From NCBI GenBank assembly GCA_031372065.1, contig JANMKN010000135.1:1-34231 (forward strand): DNA of 34,231 nucleotides, given 5' to 3'. The DNA is from Abditibacteriaceae bacterium. GTDB lineage: Bacteria; Armatimonadota; Abditibacteriia; Abditibacteriales; Abditibacteriaceae. The notes beneath the pieces were generated by a model. That model made no database searches, was not told the origin of the DNA, and saw nothing but the letters and a program-made list of their open reading frames with translations. Position numbers and translations under genes: made by a program. Below, piece after piece: positions 17,631 through 25,720 of the stretch. Every line of letters begins with the position of its first letter. Position 1 is the first letter of the stretch.

Positions 17631-19208
17631 GTGACTGAAATTACCCCCGTTGTTATGGATGATGTCCGTGATGGCGATGCCTGTCCCATTATTCACGTTG
17701 CCGATGTCAAAGTCGCGCGCGAAACGCCGCCTTGTGTGTTGACGATTTTCGGCGCCACAGGCGATTTAACGAGGCGCAAACTGGTGCCCGCGATTTACGA
17801 TCTGGCGGCGCAAGGGATGCTGCCCGAAGAATTTGTCGTGGTTGGCTACGGGCGCCGCGAACAAGACATCGAAAAAATGCGCGCCGACCTTGGCGAGGGT
17901 GTGCAAGAGTTTGCCCGCTCGAAATGGAATGCAGCGACGTGGAAACATCTGGCCGAGCGCATTTTTTATCAGCAGGGCACTTACACCGATGCCGATAGTT
18001 TCGTGAAGTTGGATGAGCGCCTCAACGAACTGAGTGTGCAATTCAACACGCGTGGCAATCGCTTGTATTACATGGCGACGCCGCCGGGCGAATTCGCGCC
18101 GATTATCGAAAATTTGGGCAACTTGCGCCAGCATGATCGCGCCGCTGGGCGCGGCCCGGCCAATCCGCGCGTCGCCGCGCCACGCGGTTGGTGGCGTTTG
18201 ATTGTCGAGAAGCCTTTTGGCAGCGATTTGCGCTCCGCGCACGACTTAAACGAGCTTTTGGGGCGGCATTTCAACGAAACCGAAGTGTTTCGCATTGACC
18301 ATTATCTGGGCAAGGAAACGGTGCAGAACATTCTCGCGCTGCGCTTTGCCAACGCGATTTTCGAGCCGATTTGGAACAATCGTTACATTGATCATGTGCA
18401 AATCACCGTGGCCGAAAAAGTGGGCGTCGGACGGCGCGGTGGCTATTACGAAACCAGTGGCGCCTTGCGCGATATGGTGGTGAACCATATGTTTCAGTTG
18501 GCGACTTTGGTCGCTATGGAAGCGCCCGCCGCGCTGACGGCCAACGCGATTCGCGACGAAAAAGTGAAAGTGCTGCGTGGTTTGCGGATGTTCACGCCGG
18601 ATAACATTGCTGGCAGCACCTTGCGCGGCCAGTATGACGGTTACAAAACCGAAGAAGACGTGGCGCCCGATTCCACCGTGGAAACCTTTGTCGCCTTGAA
18701 AATGCACGTTGATAACTGGCGTTGGTTTGGCGTGCCGTTTTATTTGCGACATGGCAAAGCCTTGCCACAGCGCGCTACGGAAATCGTGGTGCGCTGGAAA
18801 GATACGCCGAGCGTTTTGTTTAATCAGGGCGGCAATCGCGTGAAAAGCAATATGCTGATTTTGCGCATTCAGCCCGACGAAGGTTTTGCACTGCGCGTCA
18901 ACGCCAAAGTGCCGGGCAGCGGTATGAAAGTGGAAGATGTGCGCATGGAATTCGATTATTCGGATACGCACGGCTCCGAGCCGCCCGAAGCCTACGAACG
19001 CCTGCTCCATGATGCGCTTTTGGGCGATGGCACGCTTTTCACGCGCCGCGACGAAACGGAAGTGTCGTGGAGCATCGTAGATTCGATTCTCAACGCATGG
19101 TACACGTCCGATGCGCCTTATTCTTACGAACAGGGCACTTGGGGGCCGAACGAAGTCACCGATTTCATCGCCCGCGACGGACGCCGTTGGCATCAATTGG
19201 ACGGCTAA
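17631..19208 (+). CDS. zwf: Glucose-6-phosphate 1-dehydrogenase
   Basis: IFGATGDLTRRKL, EKPFG, RIDHYLGKE, GALRDMVVNH, RWFGVPFYLRHGK, EAYERLL. GTG start at 17631 preceded by GGAGG. Confidence 0.97.
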   Translation: MTEITPVVMDDVRDGDACPIIHVADVKVARETPPCVLTIFGATGDLTRRKLVPAIYDLAAQGMLPEEFVVVGYGRREQDIEKMRADLGEGVQEFARSKWNAATWKHLAERIFYQQGTYTDADSFVKLDERLNELSVQFNTRGNRLYYMATPPGEFAPIIENLGNLRQHDRAAGRGPANPRVAAPRGWWRLIVEKPFGSDLRSAHDLNELLGRHFNETEVFRIDHYLGKETVQNILALRFANAIFEPIWNNRYIDHVQITVAEKVGVGRRGGYYETSGALRDMVVNHMFQLATLVAMEAPAALTANAIRDEKVKVLRGLRMFTPDNIAGSTLRGQYDGYKTEEDVAPDSTVETFVALKMHVDNWRWFGVPFYLRHGKALPQRATEIVVRWKDTPSVLFNQGGNRVKSNMLILRIQPDEGFALRVNAKVPGSGMKVEDVRMEFDYSDTHGSEPPEAYERLLHDALLGDGTLFTRRDETEVSWSIVDSILNAWYTSDAPYSYEQGTWGPNEVTDFIARDGRRWHQLDG

Positions 19209-19242
19209 GACCAACGACGACAGGCTGGCTGGAGTTTTCTGT

Positions 19243-19451
19243 CATGGGACGGCACTCATATCGTCTGTGGCGGCGTTCATATCGCATGGGGAGGCACCCA
19301 TATCGTTTGTGGCGGCACTCATATCTGATATGAGTGCGGCCCCATGCGATATGGGTGCGCCCTCATGCAATATGGGTGCGACCACAGGCGATATGTGTGC
19401 CTCCACAAGCTATAAAACTGCTTTCACGCGACATAAAAATGCCTTTTCAAC
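19243..19451. repeat. Head-to-head inverted array of degenerate 21-bp tandem repeats
   Basis: Four 21-bp units ending CATATC(G/T) at 19243-19326. Four reverse-complement units starting with a CGATATG-like core at 19326-19409. Two decayed units continue in phase to 19451. Confidence 0.9.
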
Positions 19452-19658
19452 CCGTGGGAACGCTGAAATTAGACTGCTGAAGCCTGCGACACCACGTCAG
19501 GCAGCCTCAACTAACTTTATGAGTGTGGGCACACTCCTTAGATCACCCTTGCTATGCAAATGCAGCCGGTTTAAAGAAAACGGGCTGTTCTGTTGTGGAA
19601 CTTCTGCAAACTTTAGGGTGTTTGTAAGCGCGTGAATCGTTCAGAAATCTGCCATTTT

Positions 19659-21611
19659 ATGAAGTCGCCAAGCTATAAAACCTTATTCGCGGGCGTTTTT
19701 GCCGTGTTGATAAGCTGCGTTTTGCCACTTTACGCGGCGCCGGTGAAAGTGCATTGGACAGCGCAAGTGAAGCCGCAAGATGTGCGTTCCGGCGAAAGCG
19801 CGCAAGTGATTTTAACGGCCAAAATTGACGAAGGTTGGCATCTTTATTCGCTCACACAACCGGCGGGCGGCTCTTTGCCGACGACCATCGAATTAGTTCG
19901 CGGCGCGGCTCTAAAATCCAACGGCAAAGTGCTGCAACCCGCACCCGAAAAGAAACCCAACGCGGCTTTTAAGATCGTGGATGAACTTTACGAGAAGTCA
20001 GTTTCCTTTGGCATTCCGGTCATGGTGACAGGCAAAGCGGGCGCGCAAAAGGCCAAAGCCAAAGTGCGTTTCATGGTGTGCAACGAAAAAACCTGCTTGC
20101 CGCCAAAAACCGAAGAAATTGCCGTTGCATTTACCGTTGCCGAGGGCGCACCACGCGCCGATCATTTAACGCCGGTTTCGCTTGTTCCCGCGCAGGAAAA
20201 TGGCGCGCCCGCCGCGCAAAGCACGCCGCCCAAAAATTCCGATGCGCCTGACGACATCGCCAAGCGCGTGAATACGGCCAAGTCAAGCGGCATTTTTTCT
20301 TATGTTTTGCTGGCTTTGACGATGGGTTTCATCGCGCTACTCACGCCTTGCGTGTTCCCGATGATTCCGATTACCGTCAGCTTTTTCACCAAGCAGCAGG
20401 AAAAACAAGGCGGGCGCGGCTTGCGTGGCCCCATTGCGTTTTGTTTGGGCATTATTCTGACTTTTACCGGCATCGGATTGTTAATTTCGATTGTGGCGGG
20501 CGCGGCTGGCATCACGCGTTTCGCGGCGAATCCGTGGCTGAATTTGGTTATGGCGGCGATTTTTGTTGGTTTGGCGCTGAATTTATTTGGCGTGTTTGAA
20601 ATCGTGGTGCCGCCCGCGCTTTTAGATCGCGTGCAGCCGAAAACCGCTATGGGCAAAAACGAAAAGCCATCGCTTTTAGCGCCGATTTTGATGGGACTGG
20701 CCTTTTCTTTAACTTCTTTCACTTGCACGGTGCCTTTTGTTGGCACGCTTTTGGTTTCGACGGCGCAAGGCGATTTATTATGGCCCGCTATCGGAATGTT
20801 GGCGTTCAGTTCGGCCTTTGCGGCTCCGTTTTTCTTGCTGGCGTTGTTTCCTCAGTGGCTTTCCAAATTGCCGAAATCGGGCAGTTGGCTGGTGTCGGTG
20901 AAGGCCTACATGGGCTTTTTGGAATTGGCCGCCGCGCTGAAATTTTTGTCCACCGCAGACTACGTTTGGCAACTGAAATGGCTGACGCGTCCGATGTTTT
21001 TGTCCATTTGGAGCACGATTTTCTTAGTCGCGGGCTTTTATTTGTTGCGTTGGCTGCGCCTGCCACAAGAAACCGATGGCAAAGCGCCCGGCATCGGGCG
21101 GCGCGCTTTGGGTATTGCCACCATCGGCGCCGGAATTTACCTTTTAGCCGCGATAAGCAGCGCGCCACTCGGCGCATTGGCCGCTTATCCGCCGCCGCCT
21201 GAATATGGCGCACCCGCAGGCACGCACAGCGGCAACATTGTCTGGATGAAAGACGATTATCAAGGCGCGTTGGTCTTGGCGAAGCAGACCAACAAGCCGA
21301 TTCTGATTGATTTTACCGGCTACGCCTGCACCAATTGTCGCCAGATGGAATTGAACGTCTTGACCAAGCCGGAAATCGAAAAAGAACTGGAAAAATTCGT
21401 CACCACGCGGCTTTATACCGATGGCACCGACGCCAAATCGAAAAGCCAAGCGGAGTTTCAAGACAAGAAATTCGGCACCGTCGCTTTGCCGCTTTATGTG
21501 ATTGTCTCGCCCGATGAAAAAGAACTTAGCCGCTTTGAAGGCTACGACCCAAACCCCGAAAACTTCTTAAAATTTCTGCAAGATGGCGGCGCGAGGCTGG
21601 CGAAGAAATAA
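19659..21611 (+). CDS. dsbD: Thiol:disulfide interchange protein DsbD (N-domain, CcdA-like TM domain, thioredoxin domain)
   Basis: Signal peptide, GWHLYS, CNEKTCLPP, LLTPCVFPMIP, SFTCTVPF, LPKSGSWL, IDFTGYACTNCRQME. Confidence 0.93.
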   Translation: MKSPSYKTLFAGVFAVLISCVLPLYAAPVKVHWTAQVKPQDVRSGESAQVILTAKIDEGWHLYSLTQPAGGSLPTTIELVRGAALKSNGKVLQPAPEKKPNAAFKIVDELYEKSVSFGIPVMVTGKAGAQKAKAKVRFMVCNEKTCLPPKTEEIAVAFTVAEGAPRADHLTPVSLVPAQENGAPAAQSTPPKNSDAPDDIAKRVNTAKSSGIFSYVLLALTMGFIALLTPCVFPMIPITVSFFTKQQEKQGGRGLRGPIAFCLGIILTFTGIGLLISIVAGAAGITRFAANPWLNLVMAAIFVGLALNLFGVFEIVVPPALLDRVQPKTAMGKNEKPSLLAPILMGLAFSLTSFTCTVPFVGTLLVSTAQGDLLWPAIGMLAFSSAFAAPFFLLALFPQWLSKLPKSGSWLVSVKAYMGFLELAAALKFLSTADYVWQLKWLTRPMFLSIWSTIFLVAGFYLLRWLRLPQETDGKAPGIGRRALGIATIGAGIYLLAAISSAPLGALAAYPPPPEYGAPAGTHSGNIVWMKDDYQGALVLAKQTNKPILIDFTGYACTNCRQMELNVLTKPEIEKELEKFVTTRLYTDGTDAKSKSQAEFQDKKFGTVALPLYVIVSPDEKELSRFEGYDPNPENFLKFLQDGGARLAKK

Positions 21612-21647
21612 CAAAAAGCGAAACGCATCTGCGTTTCGCTTTTTGTT
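21610..21647. terminator. Bidirectional intrinsic terminator between dsbD and the ytxH-like gene
   Basis: Perfect inverted repeat AACAAAAAGCGAAACGCA-TC-TGCGTTTCGCTTTTTGTT between convergent genes. Confidence 0.9.
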
Positions 21648-21656
21648 TTTCTTGCT

Positions 21657-22055
21657 TTAAACCTGTTCGGGTTTGCCGTCTTGTTCGCGCATTTCGCGGA
21701 TTTCTTCTTCGATTTGCGATTCAGCGGCGCGGGCGGCTTTTTTGGCTTCCTGCAAGGCGTTTTGCAAGGCGGGGGCGGCCACTTCAGCGGTGTGCGCGGC
21801 CAAGTCGCGTAAGCGTTCGGCCAATTTGCGCAAGCGTGTGGCTAACGCTTCCGATGATTTATCGGGCACAGCAGGAGGCGGAGATTTGCTTTCTTGCTGA
21901 TTCTTCCAATAAAGTGCGGCTCCGGCACCTAAAACGGCGCCGAAAAGTATTAATTTGAGGCCGGTGCCGAAACTGGGGCCAGTTACGATGACGACTTTGC
22001 TGGCGTGCAATTCACCTGTTTCGGGCAGGTCACTTGCTTTTACCGAAAAGGCCAC
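21657..22055 (-). CDS. YtxH-like membrane-anchored coiled-coil protein
   Basis: GTG at 22055 with GGAGG SD, overlapping the upstream gene's 3' end. FGAVLGAGAALY TM motif followed by an Ala/Glu-rich helix. Paired with a DUF948-like gene, as in ytxG-ytxH. Confidence 0.65.
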   Translation of the reverse strand: MAFSVKASDLPETGELHASKVVIVTGPSFGTGLKLILFGAVLGAGAALYWKNQQESKSPPPAVPDKSSEALATRLRKLAERLRDLAAHTAEVAAPALQNALQEAKKAARAAESQIEEEIREMREQDGKPEQV

Positions 22056-22464
22056 TTTTGCCTCCTTTTTTCTTGTCTTCCACTTTGGCGTTGGAGCCGC
22101 GCACAGCACGCGCACCAGCAATGATGCCCGATAACAAACCGGCGGCTTTAACCGCCGGCGTTTGGGTGCGCTCGACAACAGCGTTGACCATCGTGGTCAC
22201 TTTGTCGGCGGTGTGAGTGACTTTGGTCGTAGTGCGCGCGGCATCGTCCGAAATCGTTTTGACGTTTTTCAGCGTGTCTACCACCGAGGGCATGGCGTCT
22301 TTGCGCATATCTTCCACCATACCGCGAATGTCTTTGAGCAAGCCAACAATCTGCATTCCGAATAACGCCAGCACTGCAATGACGCCCAGTGCCAAAAGCA
22401 ATTGAGAAATAGCAACGATCCAAATGGCCGCGACAGGAAGGTTTACAACGGTTGTTTCATTCAT
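22030..22464 (-). CDS. DUF948/YtxG(YoxC)-like membrane protein
   Basis: N-terminal TM followed by a heptad amphipathic helix (MPSVVDTLKNVKTISDDA...). AAGGA SD. Confidence 0.65.
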   Translation of the reverse strand: MNETTVVNLPVAAIWIVAISQLLLALGVIAVLALFGMQIVGLLKDIRGMVEDMRKDAMPSVVDTLKNVKTISDDAARTTTKVTHTADKVTTMVNAVVERTQTPAVKAAGLLSGIIAGARAVRGSNAKVEDKKKGGKSGLFGKSK

Positions 22465-22491
22465 GGGATGTCCTTAAAAACAATTGAAAAA

Positions 22492-22586
22492 TGGCGGAAG
22501 CGCATAGGAATCGAACCTACCAGTCCACGCAGAGTGGACTCAACGGTTTTGAAGACCGCGCAACTCACCAGAGCCGGAGCGCCTCC
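22492..22586 (-). tRNA. selC: tRNA-Sec (anticodon UCA)
   Basis: 95 nt, GGAGGCGC...GCGCTTCC-G-CCA. 8-bp acceptor stem, 6-bp D stem with 4-nt loop (TGGT), anticodon loop CTTCAAA, long variable arm AGTCCAC-TCTGC-GTGGACT, T arm GTAGG-TTCGATT-CCTAT. Directly downstream of selD. Confidence 0.97.
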
Positions 22587-22646
22587 GTTTGCAAACCCGA
22601 TACCAAACCATTTTAACGGCATTTGCACGCTTTGGCATTAAATGCC

Positions 22647-23705
22647 TCAAAGCAGCTTGATTTTCGGCGGGCCATCCGTCACGGTGCCGATAACCTTAGC
22701 GGGCACGTTGCGATAGGCCAAGGCGCGCTTGAAATCTTTGAGAAATTCCGGCGCGATGGCAATCAGCAAGCCGCCCGAAGTTTGCGGGTCGAATAAGATG
22801 TTGTGCATCGCTTCTGACAACGCTTCGGCTCCTTGAATAAGTTTGCCCAAATGCGCCGCGTTGCGCGCTCCGCCACCGGTGACAAAGTTGCTGTTTGCCG
22901 CCAATTTTTTTATGCCGGGCAAAAGCGGCACTTTGGAAGAATCAATTTCCAGCGCCACTTGCGAAGCCTTCGCCATTTCAGCCGCGTGACCGAGCAAACC
23001 AAATCCCGTGATGTCGGTGCAGGCATGAACCGCCGCGCCGATGCCGATTTCAATCATGGCCTCGCACGCGGCGCGATTGAGCGTTTTCATGCTTTCTATT
23101 GCCGCTTGTGCGATTTCGGGCGAACACGCTTCGCGTTTAATTGCCGTGGAAACGATGCCGGTGCCAATCGGCTTAGTCAGCACCAAAACATCGCCCGCTT
23201 TGGCGCCCGCATTAGTGGCGATGCGGTCAGGATGCACAACGCCGGTCACAGATAAGCCAAAAAGCGGTTCGGCGTTTTCAACCGTATGTCCGCCGACGAC
23301 AACGGCTTCGGCTTCCTTCACTTTTTCAAATCCGCCGCGCAAAATATCACCCAAAATGCTAAAAGGCAGCGTTTGGCGCGGAAAGGCAGCGATATTTAAC
23401 ACTGTGACAGGCCGCGCGCCCATCGCGTAAATATCTGAAAGTGCGTTAGCCGCCGCGATTTGGCCGTAATCGAAGGCGTCATCTACAACAGGCGTGAAAA
23501 TATCAACCGTTTGAACCAAAGCCAGTTCCGGCGAGAGTTTGTAAACGCCTGCATCGTCGGCCAGATTAAAGCCAACCAGCAGATTCGGATCGTTGCTGTG
23601 CGGTAAGCCGCGCAAAACTTGCGCGAGATCGGCAGGGCCGATTTTGGACGCTCAACCAGCACAAGACGACAAAGTTGTCAGGCGAATTTTCGTTTCTTTA
23701 TCCAT
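22647..23705 (-). CDS. selD: Selenide, water dikinase SelD, selenocysteine-containing (UGA at codon 18)
   Basis: The true start is ATG 23705, overlapping the selA stop (TAATG). Reads MDKETKIRLTTLSSCAG-U-ASKIGPADLAQVLRGLP in frame with the 322-aa ORF (DDAGVY, QTVDIFTP, ANALSDIYAMG, GGHT, TDITGFGLLGH, DPQTSGGLL). 352 aa. Confidence 0.96.
23621..23651 (-). promoter_or_regulatory. Candidate bacterial SECIS hairpin immediately 3' of the selD UGA
   Basis: mRNA reads UGA GCGUCCAAA AUCGGC-CCU-GCCGAU CUCGCGC. A 6-bp stem starts 9 nt after UGA, with possible lower GCG/CGC pairing. Confidence 0.55.
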
Positions 23706-25120
23706 TAAATCAACGCCGTTTTTACAGCTAAGGCGCATTCTGGCACTTCATCATTTTGCAAGGTGCGGCAGTCAATCCAGAAGGCTTCGGTGTGAATGCG
23801 GCCCCAAACACTTGGTTCGCCGGTTCGCAAACGGCGCGCGAAGTCTTCGAGAGTTATTTTATGAGGCTCAATACAAACCGCGAAACTTTCAATGGTGTTT
23901 GTCGGCAACGCTCCGGCACCGGCTTGGGCTTGCGAAGCGCGCACTTCGATTTTTGCGGCTTCGATTTTGAGCATTCGCGCCAGTTTTTGAGCGCGAATTT
24001 TTACGCTTTGGGCCGGTTCGCTCAAGGCACGCAGAGTGGGAATTTCGCGCCACGCTTCATCTTCGTCGCGATAATGCTGCAAAGTGGCTTCCAGCGCGGC
24101 TAACGTGAATTTATCGCAACGCAAAGCGCGCATCATCGGATTTTTGCGAATTTTCTCAATCGCTTCTTTGCGCCCGACCATAATGCCGCATTGCGGGCCG
24201 CCCAAAAGTTTATCGCCGGAAAAACAGATAATATCCGCGCCCGAAGCCACCGAATCTTGCACGCGCGGCTCATTTGGCAGCCCGGCTTTGCTTAAATCTA
24301 CCAAAACGCCTGAACCGAGGTCTTCGATAACGAAAACTCCGTGCTGATGGGCCAATTTCGTTAGTTCGGATAGCGTGGCTTCAGCGGTAAAGCCGACGAT
24401 GCGATAATTGGAAGTGTGAACTTTGAGCAAGGCGCCGATTTCGTCGGAGTGTTCAAAAGGCGCTTCATAATCGCTCAAACGCGTTTTGTTGGTGGTGCCC
24501 ACTTCTACCAAGTGGCAGCCGCTTTGTTGCATGACATCCGGCATCCGAAAGCCGCCGCCGATTTCGACCAATTCGCCGCGCGAACAAACCACGTCTTTGC
24601 CCCCCGCCAGCGTATTGAGCGCCAAAAACACGGCGCCCGCGCAGTTGTTGCAAATTGTGGCATCTTCGGCGCCAGTAATTTCGCGGAGTAAGGCAGCGAT
24701 TGAAGCATCGCGCTGGCCTCGCTGACCAGTTTCGATGTCCACTTCAAGCGCGCAATGTGAGGCGGCAACGCGCGAAATGGCTTCCACTGCGGCGCGCGAA
24801 AGCAACGAGCGGCCCAAACCTGTATGAATTATAATGCCGGTGCCATTCAAAACGCGACGCGGCGCCCTTTGGGCCTTTTGTTCGAGCAGAGCGTGGGCGC
24901 GCTGAAAAACTGTCTCGTGCAAAATTTCGATTTCAACCATGTCGCCTTGCAAAATAGCGCGACGAAATTCATCCAAAACGGTGCGGGCGGCGCTCAGAAT
25001 TTCAGGGCGCGTAGCGGCGGGACAGGCGTCACAAAGGCGCACTGTTAGGTCGTCAACGCGGGGCAGGGCGCGCAGTAAATTTTGAAATTGCGAAGCAGCG
25101 GGCGCGGGCAAATCGGGCAC
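23705..25120 (-). CDS. selA: L-seryl-tRNA(Sec) selenium transferase
   Basis: RVLNGTGIIIHTGLGRS, NNCAGAV, SRGELVEIGGGFRMPDVM, EVGTTNKT, KVHTSNY, EDLGSG, FSGDKLLGGPQ (PLP lysine). Confidence 0.97.
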   Translation of the reverse strand: MPDLPAPAASQFQNLLRALPRVDDLTVRLCDACPAATRPEILSAARTVLDEFRRAILQGDMVEIEILHETVFQRAHALLEQKAQRAPRRVLNGTGIIIHTGLGRSLLSRAAVEAISRVAASHCALEVDIETGQRGQRDASIAALLREITGAEDATICNNCAGAVFLALNTLAGGKDVVCSRGELVEIGGGFRMPDVMQQSGCHLVEVGTTNKTRLSDYEAPFEHSDEIGALLKVHTSNYRIVGFTAEATLSELTKLAHQHGVFVIEDLGSGVLVDLSKAGLPNEPRVQDSVASGADIICFSGDKLLGGPQCGIMVGRKEAIEKIRKNPMMRALRCDKFTLAALEATLQHYRDEDEAWREIPTLRALSEPAQSVKIRAQKLARMLKIEAAKIEVRASQAQAGAGALPTNTIESFAVCIEPHKITLEDFARRLRTGEPSVWGRIHTEAFWIDCRTLQNDEVPECALAVKTALI

Positions 25121-25273
25121 GCGCCGGAGTTTAACGGAATCGGTTGTGAAATTCGTTATAGCACCCGGCGGCTTTGTGGCTTTGCTGCCAAAAACGCGGC
25201 GTGGTTTACTGTTTTTTCACTTTGAATCGCACCGGCAACGTTGGTTCTCAGTCTAAAACGGACGGAGTTAAAC

Positions 25274-25708
25274 ATGAAAAGATATGTAGGTTTGGTCGTG
25301 ATTTTAGCGGCTTTTGGTTTTTTGATCGCGACCAGTTTGAATTCTGTGGCGATGAAGTCGCTTCCCGTTCATGAATTGCGCGCGGCGGATAGCAGCCCGC
25401 ATTCTTATGTCGGCCAGCGTTTGCGCGTGGTTGGTTTCGTCGGCAAAACGCCAGTCAAAAGCATCGAGAAAACAACCGATTCTGGCATCGTGAAAGCGCA
25501 TTATTTCACGGTTGTGGACAAAGAACAAACGCTCAATGTGACCTTTCACGACGCCTTGCCCGATACGTTTCGCGCCGGTGGCCCGGTGCAAGTGGACGGC
25601 GTTTATTCGGCGCCGGGCGTGATAGAAGCCGATCACGTTTTAACCAAGTGCCCCTCGAAATATGAGGCCGAATCGAAGGCGCAAAGCCAAAAATACAATT
25701 CGAAATAA
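25274..25708 (+). CDS. ccmE: Cytochrome c maturation heme chaperone CcmE, CxxxY type
   Basis: N-terminal TM, GQRLRVVG, LPDTFRAG, ADHVLTKCPSKY. ATG 25274 with GGAG SD. Confidence 0.93.
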   Translation: MKRYVGLVVILAAFGFLIATSLNSVAMKSLPVHELRAADSSPHSYVGQRLRVVGFVGKTPVKSIEKTTDSGIVKAHYFTVVDKEQTLNVTFHDALPDTFRAGGPVQVDGVYSAPGVIEADHVLTKCPSKYEAESKAQSQKYNSK

Positions 25709-25720
25709 TTCTCTAAATTC

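Noticed and set aside
18246..19214. 322-aa ORF antisense to zwf
   Set aside because: It overlaps a conserved enzyme gene on the opposite strand, a typical codon-bias artefact.
19243..19451. CRISPR array interpretation of the repeats
   Set aside because: Units are contiguous 21-mers without unique spacers, orientation flips midway, and there are no cas genes in the window.
19215..19500. Terminal inverted repeats flanking the 21-bp array (CAGGCT near 19221 / AGCCTG near 19481)
   Set aside because: The match is only about 6 bp with loose flanks and no target-site duplication is evident.
22056..22178. N-terminal extension of the 173-aa ORF
   Set aside because: It overlaps the upstream gene extensively. 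A GTG at 22055 with a GGAGG SD is the better start.
22465..22491. Genomic island integrated at selC
   Set aside because: selC is followed within 27 bp by an ordinary gene. There is no integrase or duplicated tRNA 3' end nearby.
22030..22649. Further Sec read-through at the TGA stops of selD and the DUF948-like gene (also the lipoprotein stop at 2008)
   Set aside because: These fall at natural C-termini, not in Cys-motif contexts, and show no conserved continuation.
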